A DNA stretch of 64,000 nucleotides from assembly GCF_006345805.1 (NCBI RefSeq), contig NW_021831847.1, positions 1-64,000 on the forward strand. Reading direction: 5' to 3'. The translations under genes were made by a program, and so were the position numbers. Of this stretch, positions 40,916 to 55,033 are shown one piece after another. The stretch's first letter is position 1, and each line of letters begins with the position of its first letter. The DNA comes from Octopus sinensis (lineage: Eukaryota). A model generated the notes under the pieces. That model saw only the letters and a list, made by a program, of their open reading frames with translations. It was not told the origin of the DNA and did no database searches.

Positions 40916-41160
40916 TGTAATGTCTATTTTTATGATAAAATTCGATTATTTCCTTCTTTTGAAAAAATGACAGGCGTTTTCGATTTTCCACCATGCTAAC
41001 AACTGTAGAACGTGTAGTTTATTCATTTTAAAGAATGTTAAATATATATGTAAAAATATAAATTTAATATTTTTATGTTCACAAAAATTTGACGTTCACT
41101 ATTCTTTAATAGTGAACCCTGTTCACTATAGAGAGGGTTCACTATAGAGAGGGTTGACTG
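39376..41160 (-). mobile_element. Tigger/pogo element with both ends (1785 bp), transposase decayed
   Basis: TIR CAGTCAACCCTCTCTATA(A/G)TGAAC at both ends with TA flanks; FQASNGWLEKFKNRY, NLDETG, KKAWMT and ILLDNATVH. Confidence 0.92.
40871..40931 (-). mobile_element. Poly(A)-only retro-insertion with target-site duplication
   Basis: TGTGTAATGTCTATTTTT is duplicated on both sides of a T run (31 T in total, 40884-40914). Confidence 0.8.
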
Positions 41161-41247
41161 TAAAAAACCCTTAAATGGTAGTTAAAAGAATTAAAATAAT
41201 TCACATTTCAAGTAAGAACAAATATTAAATTAGTAGGCTAAAAGTAT

Positions 41248-41827
41248 TTATTTAGTGGAAACCCTCGTCCGCTTGTTCCACGAGAAATTATGGGAGTAGG
41301 ACTTTGGCTGGAAACGTGACTCGTTGAATTGCTTGACAGTATATTTCCAACCTCACAATAAAATAACCCAACCAACCATTTCTTACACAAAAATCAACAG
41401 CAGAGGCCGAGTCAGAAAAATTGAGCACAATCCCGGACAAGGAGTCCCCAGAAGAGGTCCACCCCATCAAAGGATTCTCCCAACGCTGTCTGTTGTCAAA
41501 GACAAGCCTCCATTTTTGTGAGTTCGCAGTCCCCGACTGCATCACATTCCTGGATTCTCGATATATCAGGCAAGAACGACCGGAAAAGTGATTTTTGCTC
41601 AATCCTGAGACAAAACTTACGTCCAACTAGATTATTGACACGAACACACCCTCGGGACGTCTTGTGTTTCCATGGGTCCTGTTTGGGGTTTCGTGGTGGC
41701 AGTTCTCGGGGGTTTGTACCCGCCCACAATCTCGTTCCTCATTAAATAGGGGGTGGTTGAACTGGGATTTTAGGTTGGTCTTCAATTACATGTTATGTTT
41801 AGTTAGTTTTAAACATGAGCGCAACAT
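41248..41827 (-). CDS. NDUFS4: NADH dehydrogenase Fe-S protein 4 (complex I 18 kDa), 3 micro-introns
   Basis: RNVMQSG, RWENPLMGWTSSGD and, after splicing, KSYSHNFSWNKRTRVSTK-stop. Confidence 0.95.
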
Positions 41828-42099
41828 GAACCAAGATGTTTAGATTTTATTTAAAATTGTATTACTTTTTGTATTCTGAATAAATCAAAAAACTCTAGTA
41901 AGAATATAACTTTATCTTGATTGTTTTTTTCAAAATGCATTTTATTATTATTAATTGCACATCCGCAACAACAAGAAAGTTACAATCTTCTCATCGCTTG
42001 TGCCACACCCCGTAAGATTTTGTCTGTTAGACACTTCCACGCTCTTTTTGAGATTGCGATTTTCGGAGGCTGTCTTTCGTCTGTATTTTCTGATAGCAA

Positions 42100-43100
42100 T
42101 CCGACATGCTTAAGGTCGGTTTTTAAGATTAGTGGCAGTGTTGCCTGCCTCGAAAAATCCCAAAGCATTGAAAGTATGTTTCCATGATGTCATTGGCAGG
42201 AACTGAGGAATCCATCCGCAGTATGTGACCAAAGAGTCCCCATCGGTTCTTAGTGATAGTGCATTTAATTGTTCTGTTTTGAAAGCGGAGTATAAGTCTT
42301 GGTTCTTGATCTTCATTGGATAGTGTATTTTCAGTAATGACCTGAGTTGCTTTCTGTGAAAAGCATTGAGATTTTCTACTCATTTCTGAATAGGATCGGA
42401 GAGCAGCTTCCAGATAGATGACGAATAACAGTGATTTTCGCAGAGATGTTAAGAGAATTATAGGTCGGAGATTTTCTACCGCTCCAACCGGCTTCCCTGG
42501 TTTCTGTGTAGGAATTAGGACTCCTTGTCCGACTGGAACGTAAATATGCCGTTTAGTATGTCGCATAAGCGAGTGAGTATGGTGAGTATTTGAGAGTTCT
42601 CCATTAATACCATCAATCCAACCAATGTTCAATTTCCGCAGAGCAGTTTGCATCTCAGTGATAGTAATTGGAACAGTTCAACTTCTAGGATCTCCAACAA
42701 ACTGAGATATGTATTCATTATCATTTCTGAAAAGGGACTCGAAGTGAGTAGCAATTCTGTCGCCATCTCTTTTTTATCAAACATCCTCCTGCCATAGTCA
42801 TCGTGTAGAATTAATTATTTGCGCCTGTTCGTTGTGTTTACCAATCGAATAGCTCTGAACATTTTTTGGCCATAACTGAGCTGTTCAACTTCTTTGGCAT
42901 ACTTTTCAATTGTTCTTTGATGGAGTAGGCGTACTCTTCTCTTTATATCCCGTAGAATGGAATTCCTTTTGTATTTTAGTTCTATTTTAACGTCCATATG
43001 CTTTGAATTATACAAAGTCAAGATTTTTCTGTGTTCTGGATAGAAGGTCCATTTTTTGTCATATAAACGAATAGTTTTCGGCTTTCCTGAAACATCTTAT
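42100..43100 (-). mobile_element. Internally deleted non-LTR RT remnant
   Basis: GQGVLIPTQKPGKP..ENLRPIILL, VIYLEAALR and RWGLFGHILRM. Confidence 0.8.
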
Positions 43101-43599
43101 AGCAATGACCGTCCAATATTTTTAATTCCGTTTGAGATTAAAGTCTATCGATCATCAGGTGGGTATTCAGAATTCAATTTTGAGAAAAATGCGTCGACTT
43201 TTGAACTGAATATATAGCGCGTGGCATCGTTTGCAAGTAAGCTTTCCACTGTCGACGAGATTCGAGTACAAATTTTCAACTTCTTCGGGGCATTGTCGGT
43301 GCACATACAATCGTCATAAGTTTTTTTCCCAGCATTAAACATTTTGCCATTAAATCTCTGATTACAGTTTTTTATGTCCTATTAAACATTTTGGTGTGCA
43401 AATTTTTAATTTCGGTAAAAATAAAGAATGTGATTATTCTGAGTGTATTCTATTCGGGCTGTGACACAGAACAACAAAATTGTGTTACACAGGTGAAGAA
43501 TTTGTATTTTTACCGAATATGAAAGAAAGCAAACCAAAAGCCCATAAAATTATTCATCAAAGTTAAGTTATAGAATTTGACGCCTCCAAAATCTTTGAA

Positions 43600-44720
43600 C
43601 AGTAGGAAATTTGATATCCTGTGTGATTTTTTCTCGAACTACTTCCACTGCATTAAAATGAGTCAGGATTGTGCCAGGGCCTTCCCAAAGTGGCTTTGTT
43701 CCCATTGCATGTTCGTTTGAAAAAGAGTTTTTTATAACTAAAACTTCACATTCCTAATTTACCAATACACACTCCGAGGGGCATAATGAGATTTTGAATC
43801 TATACCGCCGATATGTCTCAATTAGAATTCTGAAACATGTTAGATTTTAGCCGCCGGTGGCTTGTCCACTTTAATCAAGAAATCAATACGATCTAACTGC
43901 AAAGAAAACTGGGCGAAAATGTTTTGCTTTTCTTTTTTCAGCCTAAGTCTGCCCATTACCAAACTCTCACTTGATTTAAAATTCTATTGTCATCTATTGC
44001 GATTCGTCCATTAAATCTATGCTTGGCAGTGAGCATTCGTTATCTGCCGACACTTTTCCAACCTCTGTAGCCAACCTCAGGAAAAGAGTCCCCTTTAAAT
44101 TTATATTCTGAGATTTCTCTACTGCACTGAGGATTCTGAGTTCTGACGACTGAATTGGTTGTGTGAATGAAAATACCCTCAATGTGCTCTGCGATACACA
44201 CCCATCACGCCCTGTCCAATTACGATCGATTTGTCAGCTTAAATACGCCCTTGTTAAAGTCATAAAATACAAATTATTTCGGAGTTTAAAGTCTTTCCAT
44301 CCAAGCAGTAGTGGTGGTATCGACGGACTACGCTCAAGCCACATTAAGGATCTATTATCGGAGGAGAATCTTGGAGATGCTATCTGTGAACTAATGAATC
44401 TCTATATAAAAGAAGTCTTATCCATTTTTTCTGTTCTTTGTTTTCTCTGGGAACTTAACTGTATTGTATAAACAAGATGACGGAATCGACCAATCTTTGT
44501 TGTTAATGTATTTAAAAGGCTGGCCGCAAAAATTCCGTGTGCAAAATCATCTATTCTCTTTCTACAAATTTTTCAAAACATTAAGTTGGGCGTTGAAGTT
44601 CAACGGGGTGACCCTTTCGGGCCACTACTGTTCTCTTTGGGAGGCAAAAATTTTATCGTCCAGCCGATAGTTTTGGAAACTTCGGAATTTTTGACCATCG
44701 ACTCTTTCTTTCGTCAGAGG
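43600..44720 (+). mobile_element. CRE-like non-LTR retrotransposon remnant (N-terminus and RT)
   Basis: WLCSHC, SSGGIDGLRSSHIKDLL, KQDDGI and GVEVQRGDPFGPLLFSL. Confidence 0.75.
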
Positions 44721-45133
44721 GTTTGTTTCGCTGATCTCTGCATGTACACAATTATTTTACGGCTAGGTCATGACTGGGGAATTTTTTCGTTTGCAAGGGC
44801 ATTCAAATATAGTCTTTCTAAAATCGCAAGAATTATAAAAATTCTAGAAAATGCCGGATAACAAAATCCATAAAAAAGGCCTTGCTTATTTCATTTAAGC
44901 CAATAGCCTCATTAACATCAAAATTTTCGGATCGATTAAAAAACAGATTATTCATAAAGCCTTTTTTAATCATTAAACCTTGATTTTTTAAATATAAATT
45001 CTTGCTAATATATTCGATTGGTATTTTAACTCCGAACTTGTAGCTTAATATAGTTTTTATTCGGCTTATTCACAAAAATTTTGAATATAATTGAATTTAC
45101 GTACTTCATTAGACCTCAATAAATCAAAAAACA

Positions 45134-48100
45134 TTAAAGTGATCTCTCAGTAATTTCCGCCTGTTCTTCATTGCAATTTCTCTGCAAAAATTCATTAAAT
45201 GTCCGATAGGTTAATCGGTTGTGCAAAGTACGTAAAGACATTAGTCCTTCCTGGCGAAAAGAAATGTGTGGAAATTGCTCATTTGTTACTATACATTATA
45301 TAAGTTGATAAAAAAACTTGAATTGATGTATGCCATGTCTTTTTCGTTCCCAGACAGCTGGTCCATAACAGGCGGGACCTCACATGCGTTTATTCCAGGT
45401 GACACGTGGATCTCAATATGAAATCTCTCAGCATCTTCCAAAGGTTTGGTGGAGTCCTCGTACATCATGATGGTTAGTTGCGACAAGTATGACCAAATGG
45501 AAATCGTTTCAAGGTAGTCGACAACAGATTTCCAGATCTCGTCATTTATCTGTCAATCCACCAATTAAACAAACCGGCAAAACTTCGTCGTACTTGATGC
45601 AGTTCAGAAAGCCCTGAATAATTCGTTCAGTTGTAAAATAGTAACGAGACCTCACAAACCGGTGAGGGGAAGCAATGTTGTTCGTATACCTGGAATAGGC
45701 TCAGTCCGACAACCTGGCGTCGAGACGAGTATAGCCTTCGTGATGGATAGAGGTCTCAATGTCGGATTGCAGTTTTTTGTGCAAATCTGACGAGAGTTGT
45801 CTTCCGATTTCTAACTTTTCGTTCCTAGTAACTCCAAATTCCTGGAAAGTCAACAAAATATAAGTCTACATGTGACGTAACTACAACTGTGAGCTCTTCT
45901 GATGAAACAAACAGTTCTTCGGTAAATCGTGCTTTAAAAACATTTTCATTGTGCTGAAGGTCAAATTTAATGCAGTCGTAAATGTCGGGAATTTTTGACA
46001 CATCGAACGAATCAGTGTCCGCCAAATAAAAATCTCGATGCAATTTCGACCATCTTCTCATGACATACTCGATTCCCTCGCCATCAAACAGCAAGGTCGA
46101 ATCTCCAAAAAAATATAAACGACTACCCGGATGGAAGTTACAGTATGACTGGAGCAATGAAATCACTTGAGCTATCAGTTCATAAACTCGGCGACAAATC
46201 TTTTTTGGGTTTATTATAAATTTTAAGGCGTCAATTATAGCTTTGGACCCAGTGGGAACATACTACCAATTACATGCAAACCCAACTTTAAGGTAATCTT
46301 CTTCAGTTAGGGTTCGGTCAATGTTAATCAACTTCTGTAACTTGTCTCGAACACTTAAACGTCAATAAGCATATCCAATTAAAAAAACTGTTCTGGCGTT
46401 TGGTAAGAAGAGGAATCGCTGTCCAGCAAGCCTGAGGGCGGTCGCTTTACCATTTGAACTAGAATTGGAGCCAATTTTCCTTCAAGGTCCAGAAGGCCCT
46501 GAAAGTGAACTAAAAAACTACTTTTGTAAATGCTGCAGCTGTAAACTGAACTCTTCCTTCATCTGATGCATATATTTTCAGATCGTGCCTGTAGGTGCTG
46601 TGCAAGCGCAGGAAACCAAGCCCAACTGTGTCCGAATGTTCTAGTCCAGTACAGGTTATTTTCATACGTCCTGGTGGGTAGAGGAGACGATAAGAATGTC
46701 CCAGTGCCTCTGCTTGTTTGCGTCCTGTGCTGGTCAATTCCCCTCCCCACTTCATTATTAGCAGAATCCCACCGGAGGCATTCCTTCCTTTAGTTTATGG
46801 AAAAAACTTAATACTTTTCATTTGAACTTTCCTATTAAACCCAGAAAAGAATTCATACATTTCCAGGACGTTTTTTAGCTGTTCCAATTTGTGGAAGGGT
46901 TCTGAAATTTCCTGGGAATTGTAATTGGAGATTAGATGACGAGAAATGTCGAGTATTTCCTGCAACTGGAATGGTTTTTTGAGCTTGATTTGATTCTGGT
47001 TGCCAATCCTGTACTTGTTGAACAAGTCGAGGAACCTACAAAATATCATCAAATGTTACATGAAATAACAGGTTATCATTTTTAGTTTTTGTTTGGGCGT
47101 TCTATCCGCATGTCTTATTACGGCAATGACGGACCTCAGTTCCATCACAGTCCCCGTCGTTGTAGGCAAGAAAGGAATGTCTTGAGGAAGATTTGAAGAG
47201 TAGGAAAACGAGATCGCATCGTTGAAATAATTCAAAATTAGGCCTCTGCAAAAATGATTAAAAAAATAACGCAATCACAGTCGCGGCGTCGTCATAATAT
47301 TTCACAGAATTCTTGACGAGCGAAAATCCGTTGACATCACACACATATGACTTCCCGCCAGACCTGAGCAAATCAAAGCCACACACAGTTTGCTTAAAAC
47401 TTGACGTCAGATCAGAAACCTTGAAAGCAAGACATATTTTTTGCGCAATGATTTTTTCTGCGGCACTAAGAATGACGGGATAGCGAATTTCTTTTCCTGC
47501 TTCATTCCGCATGACTTTGCCGTCAAGCATTGGAGACTTCCTGGCCTCGGCGTGAGCATATCCGGGACCGATCGCGTAAACCAGGTACTATCAATAACTA
47601 AGAAAACTTTAATGTCGAGGCCCTCCGTGGGCAAGAATTCTTCATACAAATACTCTGAGCCTCTTCTCAGCCCCATGTCCTCTTCATATACACTAGAAAT
47701 GTCTCCGATTCTGGAAAAAAGTCAATTAAGTGTTTGTACTTCCTGAAGAGTTTCTGACAGCCTCCACCGGCCGCGGGGGGTAAGTAAATGTTGATGTTGT
47801 GGTCGTTCGCAGAGACTGGTTTTTCCACGAAGGGTTTGTTCAAAACTTGGCCGTTTATTTCGATGGCCTCGTCGGTCTCTTTTATATTGCCAGTTGAAGT
47901 GAACATAAAGTTTGGACGGGGAATTCCATTTTCCGTCAAAATTTTAAAGATTTTCCGTCTAAAATGGGAAAACACAAAAACCTGTCTTGCATGTCGACTT
48001 GCATGTGCAAATCGTTTAGAAGAAACGGCTTGCGTAGATTAGAATATTTGATTGCCTTCTCTAAGGGGAATCCCAGTGAGTAATATGCGAGGAGACAATC

Positions 48101-48294
48101 GCATAAAGGCCAGCACTCCACTTCCGAATGGAGAATGGTCTCCTCTTTGAATACTACAACCTAAATTGACATTTTGGTGAGACTACTTTAAAGTGTTCAA
48201 ACGAAGACAGTCGGAATATGATTTCCTGCATACGATATGTTGAGGATTTTTTATGCATTGAGCAAATTCCGATTATTATCATTGATTTACTCAT
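45134..48294 (-). CDS. PPIP5K: Diphosphoinositol-pentakisphosphate kinase / phosphatase (VIP1/PPIP5K), many micro-introns
   Basis: [114 protein letters not shown] and [12 protein letters not shown]. Confidence 0.95.
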
Positions 48295-49338
48295 TAAAAT
48301 GAACTACTTAAATTTTAATCAATTCAATTAGCCTAAATTTATTACTTCACAAATTGTACAAAAACCGAATTATAGATAATATAATAACTATTTTAATGTG
48401 AAATGAGAAGGCTAATAATAATGCATCACAACTAAAATTTCTATTGGAGATACGCTATCTGTAGGTGATCAGCAACCTATACGCTACATATAAATATGGG
48501 GACCACTATAAGAAATGCTCAAAATATGCTGAGAAAATATCCGGCCGCCCCTGTAACGACATAATGGAATCGCCTTTTCTAGTCACATTCCAGCACTTTT
48601 TAGGTCATTCTGTATGGATAGTGGCAGGTTTGGGCACTGAAAACTAACTGAATGAATATTGGTATTTTTCAGCCGCTTCCCAAAAACCGGGTCGAGTTTC
48701 CTTTGATCTAAAAACCGACAATTTGTTCACGGCTCATATTCTTTATACAGCTTTTTGTTTGAAATTTTTTTGGTCATTGAATATTGAGTATGGTTAGTGG
48801 CTGTGCCCTATGGAATGAGCACTCCTTTCCAGTTATTCTTTGCTCGTCAAAGTTGTGAAGAGAATAGGACAAATAAACGTTTCAAATATTCCCAAAATCA
48901 GTTTTAGTGAGATGTGTGTTTGTTTTTTGTTTCGCATCTCTAAAGAAGACAGTAGAAAGTAGTTTTCTTCTGCAAATATTCTCCAGGTCGTCAATGAATG
49001 ATTCAAGTTTTTTCATAGTCTATTTTCGTGTTTCTTAAAAGTGTGTTTGCACATAACTGGTTTTTAAATATTCATTGTCACGTTCTATTTTCAAAGCGAA
49101 ATCTCGGGATTGCAGAATCCTAATTGGAGTTTGGCGTGTCTCCCCAATACCGGATTGAAGTTAGACAGGGCCTTATTTCTGGTTTTTTTCTGTGTAATCG
49201 TATCAAAGGCAGGGATAATGTCCCCACCGAAGCCTTGGGAGAATCACACGTTTCTTTCTTGGCTGCAGTAATTCTGATTCAAGGAGCCATCATTTAATTA
49301 TTATTATTATTTAAGCCAAACAAAATCACTGTCTTAAC

Positions 49339-52300
49339 CAGGGTTTCTCAAGTTTTTTAACGTCGGGGCCAAATCGATAATTAACCATTGTCTTCGGGGC
49401 CGCAGAATAAATTAAATTAAAACTTCATTAACTTTTAACTAATTTTTTTTTAGATTCATTTTTATTCAGAAACCGAGATAGTTAGTCTTAATTAATTAAA
49501 GGAAAATGGACTAAAACGAAAAATTGTTAACTAAAACGAAAAATTGTTAGCTATTTTAACTAATGTTAACCTAATTGTCATAACACGGAATATAGGAGGC
49601 ACATGTAGATCGCAAAAGCTGGCATAAGTGATTATCAGTCAATTTATTTCGATATTTATTTTATGTGAATCATTTACTGAAAATTGACTCACATAAATAA
49701 GTGGATCCGAACATTGAAGCATATTATAAGCATTTATGAGTATATTCGGATATTTTTTTTGGGAAGTGAACTATAAAATTCCATTAAATTTTCAATCTTT
49801 TGCACTGAGGTAAATTGCACATCTGATTGAAGGTCTATCAATTCTAATTGGAGTGATGGCGGAGCATTCTTAGGATCTATATTGAATGGTGCTGCAAAAA
49901 TTTTCATTGATGGCAAAATTTCATCAAAATTCTTAAAATAAACTAAATTTTAATAAACCTTAGAACGTTTTTCAAATTCAACAATAGGTGACTGATAATG
50001 GTAGTATATTTTTCAAATGAACCGTTAGCTTTATTTCACTCAAACAAGTAAAATGAATTGTATCTTGAGCATATTTGATCCCTCCAAAGTTTTAATTTTG
50101 ATATAAAAAAGAAGCAATAGATCCATAGAGTTGATGGCAAAATTTATATTTCCCCTGTAATTCACAATTTAACGACGATAATGAGAGGTTAGATCTACCC
50201 AAAAAGCTAAATCGGCAATCCACTCTTTACTGCTCAACAAATCATGGTATTTGTGGTCTTTAACAAATTCTCTTATTTGGGAGGAGTAGTAGTTCATAAA
50301 ATCTAACTTCTATTCAAGCAAATATACCTTTTGAGGCACGCGGCACGACTCAACCATCGAACAGTTCAAGTCTCCATTCTGAATAAAGTCATGAAACCCT
50401 TATTACGACCAATCATATTCGCCCCCCCATCAGTACATATGGAATTATTTTGGAAGGATCAATGTCAAATTCTTTAATACTTTCAAGGAATTCGTTAAGT
50501 ACATACATTCTTTTGTAGTGCCTTTTAATGAACGAAGAGAAAAAAATTCTTCAGAAATTTTAAAATCCGAAGTAGTGACACTCTAATGCATACGACCATT
50601 TGTTCGGTATCAGAGATATCTTTACTCGTGTCGACAGCAAAAGAATGAATAAAAAATCTTTCGATGTTCTATAAAAATTATTTTAATAGTAAAGAACTTG
50701 ATTAGCTGACGGGCAAGGTCCTCAAAAATACATTCTATTCTTCTTGTAATAGTATCATTACTAGGGCAATTTTTTTCAGGCACTTAAAATTTATTTTTAG
50801 GACCTTAAAAATAGGCATTTTAGGACTTTATTTAATTTTTAGGACTTTATTCTACATTTTTAGGCACATTTTAATAAGGTATTAAATCAAAAAGTCGTAA
50901 AAAATTATTTGTTATAGTAAGGTATTAAATAATTTTTGACATTTTCCGCATTGAAACCCTATCTTTAGTAATTAAATTTTTTAAGCATAGAAAATGCTCT
51001 TTCAACGGTTGATGATGTACACTGACATTCTTATTAGTCCATATTCTTCAGGGGAGATATTACTTTCTCCATTTCTATAATTGATTCTATGTCATTTTTG
51101 TGTAATCTTTTTTGTATGTATTCATTATTTCTGCATTATCAGACGGAAATTTTAACAAACAAAGATCTGAATGTGCATCATTTATTGTATAACTTGTGGA
51201 TTCCATTTTTTTCAATATTTGATTAAGTATCTGATAATTTTCATTTATTTCCATTAGACTTTTTCTTAAGGTTGGCGATTCAATTGCTTGTTTTACTTTT
51301 TTAACTATATTCCGTCGTCTTTGAAATTCTCCACAATTTCAGCAATTGATACAAAATTATTTGCATAATAGTATGCTGCTTGCAGCCAACTACCCCATCT
51401 AGTTATGATGACGTCGGGCGGATAACCAATTGTAGAAAACATTTTTTTCTAGTTTTGTTTTTCACTATTGATGTCTTTATAGTCGCAATAAGATTATCAA
51501 CGTCCGAATAATACGCCTTTACTCTGAGACAGCAATTATGTAACAAATGTGCAACACATGTTACATGGAACATCCTAGGATAAAGCATTTTCAATGTTTT
51601 TCCGGCTAAAAATAATTCAACAAAACTACCCAAAATCATATACGGGGCTGCATCAGAAAGAAAAAGAAGAAAATTATTGCGTATAATCTCGAATTTTTAA
51701 TCTCTTCATCGATAATCTGAAGAATTGTGTTAGCAGTTACAGATTCATATAAAGGTTCACACGAAATTAAATAGGTCTTCTCTGGATAAGCGATATTCCC
51801 AATGAGAACAACTACAAACTTCTGTCCATTTACGTCACCCTCGTCAACAACCATAAAAATCTTTTGAGATCTAAAAATAATCATTTGTTAACTTAGATCA
51901 CTTTATACTGGATAATTTTTGTTCACTGATTGCAGGAATACAATTGCGACAGGCTGACTGGGAAGGAAGCGAAATATTCAATTTTCAAACAATCCCTTTA
52001 AGCTTGGATTATTGAGCTTATGAAGAGGAATGTTTGCTTCAGAAAAGGCTTTGGCAACTTCCATCGGCATACTCTGAAAGTCTTCCGTTTCGGTTTGACC
52101 GTTGAATAGGGAATCTAAGGATTGTTGGAATCCTTCATTGTTATCTAAAAAAAATAATTTTAAATTACTCAAAAGCTTTAGATTTTTGTAGATTGTCTAT
52201 GCTGATCAATATAATATTTTGATGATGCATTGACGTAGATCATACATATTTTACAATATAGACTGCCTTTAATCACTGTGAATTCTTTTACGTAAGTTTC

Positions 52301-53005
52301 ATAGGCTTTTAGAGCTTTAGACTTATTTGTAGAACGTACACGTGGCATTTGAACACAAAAAAGTAATTATAGCGTGCCTAATTTGTTATTTTTAAAATAT
52401 TTTTTTGTAACATTTAAAAATATTTGACGGACAACATTCATCACAAAAAATGGAAATAGCAGTTTTAATAATTTCTCCGTCAGAATAAGGTTTCATATTT
52501 ACAGCAAGAAGGTGGCTAATTTTATAAGACGTTAATAACTGATGCTTATTTTCCACTGGTTTAAATATAATGATAGGACTGATTTTTAAATGACGTCTTT
52601 AATATATTGAGTTTTTTTTTCCTTGACTCTCCGAGATATAAATTGTATATTTCGGAGTGCTTCTTATAATGACGTTCAATAGTATAATTTTTCAATGAAT
52701 TAATGACACAGTTGCATATCAAACAAACAGCTTTACCATTCAGTTCAACGAAAAAAAACTTTTCTTCCCATTCAATTTGAAATTCTCTATTTTCTTGAGA
52801 TAATGTTCGATATTTCTTTGATGGCATGAAAAAATACTCAACCTGAAATATATTTACAAACACGTGTAGTTAAAATATTATCTTTAATAATATTAATTTA
52901 CAATTAATTTTATATCCAAAATTTATTTTAAAGTTTGGAAGTCGGGGGCCGCAAAAAAGATCTCGGGGCCGCATGCGGCCCGAGGGCCGCACTTGAGAAC
53001 CCCTG
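49339..53005 (-). mobile_element. hAT (GTF2IRD2/SPIN-like) transposon, decayed, with a nested element
   Basis: TIR CAGGG(T/G)TTCTCAAG and perfect TSD GTCTTAAC. Remnants REFQIEWEEKFFF..VCLIC, KPYSDGE, SNDTITRRI and SLQLELIDLQ. Confidence 0.92.
50762..52380 (-). mobile_element. CGGBP1/DUF659-type hAT-like transposon nested in 49339-53005
   Basis: MPRVRS..LYCKIC, FSEANIPLHKLNNP, VVDEGDVNG, FLSDAAPYM and HVTCVAHLLH. Subterminal TAGGCA/TAGGAC repeats near 50770-50870; upstream end truncated. Confidence 0.8.
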
Positions 53006-53356
53006 GTCTTAACCATTAACTAACACGTTCAGGTGATTCCGACACTTCTCAACAGTCGAGCCATCTTATCACGGTGTTCCGACCGTGACCCCACACACTT
53101 TCTGTATGTACGGTGAATGGTTTGTGGTCCATTTCCACGATCCCCCCCATTTGCCTCTACGAGAGACTCCAGTGTTCTATGGACAATTTCCCTATCTGTA
53201 TGGTCCTTCAGTAGGTTGATAGATCTTTTTTGAATTTGCTAAAAGTAAATAAAAGTCATACTATTATAAATGATTTCAAACATATTGATGAATTCAAATA
53301 TATGTTCAAACCAAAAAGTATTCTTGTTCGGTTTGAGATGAAATTGAAAGGTGTCG

Positions 53357-54902
53357 ATGTGGAGTATAAGTGATTACGTAATCGAAAAGGAGATCGGCAG
53401 AGGTTCTTTCGGAGTGGTTTATAAAGCCCACGATAAATATGTCCTCATTTAGTATAAATCACAGAATAAAAAAGTCGCGGTTAAAGTAATATCGCGGAAG
53501 CAAATAGACGTCACCACCTCAGACAACATAGTGAGGGAGATAACCATCCTAAAGAACACTCTAAACCACGTCAATATCGTCAAACTGTACGACTTTGACG
53601 TACAACTGAACACTCAGTCGTAGTGGGACGCCAACAACTGCTACATAATGATGGAGTTGTGTGGTGGTGATTTGACACATTTGTTGAGGACACCCCTCAG
53701 TCTGGATATCGCCCGTCGAGTCCTCCAACAAATTGGTTGGCCCACGCTGAGTACTCAGCCTCCGCCACGGTGTACCTCCACGGACAGCACATCGTCCACA
53801 TGGACATGAAGCCGTCGAACGTGCTCCTGGCAGTCCGGGACGGTCTCCTCCTCAAAATAGCTGGTTCGACTGTCCTCGCCTATCAAGATTTCGGTCTGGC
53901 CAAGACCTGCGGAGAAAAGGGGGTTGGTGGTGGGACGCCTATGTATATGCCCCCCGAGGTGGCCAGGGGGGAGTCTTGTGACACGCGTGCTGATCTGTGG
54001 TCCATTGGCATTATTTTTTATCGTATTTTTGTGGATTAACGTCGAAGAATGTATTTTGGGGACGACTCCCTTCGACAGAATGAACAAAGTACAGATTTTG
54101 TCAGAGTTGAGGAAATGCAGGGGCATAGTGGTGAGTGTTGTGTAGTAAGGACAGATCCCCCCTGGCGTGTCTCCCCAATGCCGGAATGTCCTCTCCCAAC
54201 TGCTGGTGGCTGACCCGAAGAAGAGGATGTCCCATGATGTGTTGGAGAGACACACTTTCGTGGGTGTGGAGTACTCCCCCAATGCAGAATGCTACCACAA
54301 GGGGGTTGTGGGGTTGTTGGATTGTTAGATGAGGTACATCAAGGAGGGTCACCCTGACAGTCTGCTTAAGGGAGTCGAGTATCTCCGATCTGCCTTAATC
54401 TGTGTTTTCTGTTGATTTACTTAAGACGACCGGAGAGAACAGGGCAGGATTGAGGGAATGGTAGGACTGTCCTCTATTCCCAGATTGCTGACTGTCTTAG
54501 GAAGCTTACTCCTTCGTTGGAGGAGATAACTCGCAATCTGGCGAGGGCGTCACGACTGGTTGAGTATTTGAGGTTATAAAAGGAGAGGGACGAGGAGTGG
54601 GCTCAGGCTGTGGATGTCTATAAGCTGTGGTTGAGCAGACTGGAGTATTTAATCAAGGGTTGTGCTTCCCACATATTGTAGAGGAGAAGAATGAGACGTG
54701 TCGTGTGAGATTAAGGAAACTTGTTAGTGTTCGATTCTCACTTTAGTTGGCTTATTATTTGGACTGTGCCGAAAATTGTGTTAGGAATATAAAAAGGGAG
54801 GAGGTGGTTGAGGAAAGGTCTTTCGTCGGGGCATTTCTAGTGAGACTAAAGGAATTTGGTACTTTTTATTGTCTACTCGTAGCTAGCTTTATGAAGTGGT
54901 GA
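53357..54902 (+). CDS. ULK3: Serine/threonine kinase ULK3 (kinase plus two MIT domains), many micro-introns
   Basis: IGRGSFGVVYKA, VAVK, DFDWDANNCYIMME, HMDMKPSN (ULK3-type non-RD), IADFG, GTPMYM and DLWSIG; two helical MIT-like modules. Confidence 0.8.
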
Positions 54903-55033
54903 TTCACCCTCTCTATGTATACATTTTATTGTAATATTCGAAACTAATTCTTTTGAACATGATAGGTGTGATTTAATTAGATAATCATCCAGAAAAAGTA
55001 GTATTCAATTTAAGCAGATATTAAGAACAGTTA

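Larger units (their letters stand above)
48830..53240 (-). other. Possible gene head-to-head with ULK3, carrying the 3.7 kb hAT in an intron
   Basis: Open reading QIQKRSINLLKDHTDREIVHRTLESL.. at 53030-53240; GT at 53026 and AG near 49274 flank the element; no family recognised. Confidence 0.25.

Noticed and set aside
54559-54582. Premature TAA (54577-54579) in ULK3, or stop readthrough
   Set aside because: It lies inside a typical 24-nt GT-AG intron whose removal restores the frame.
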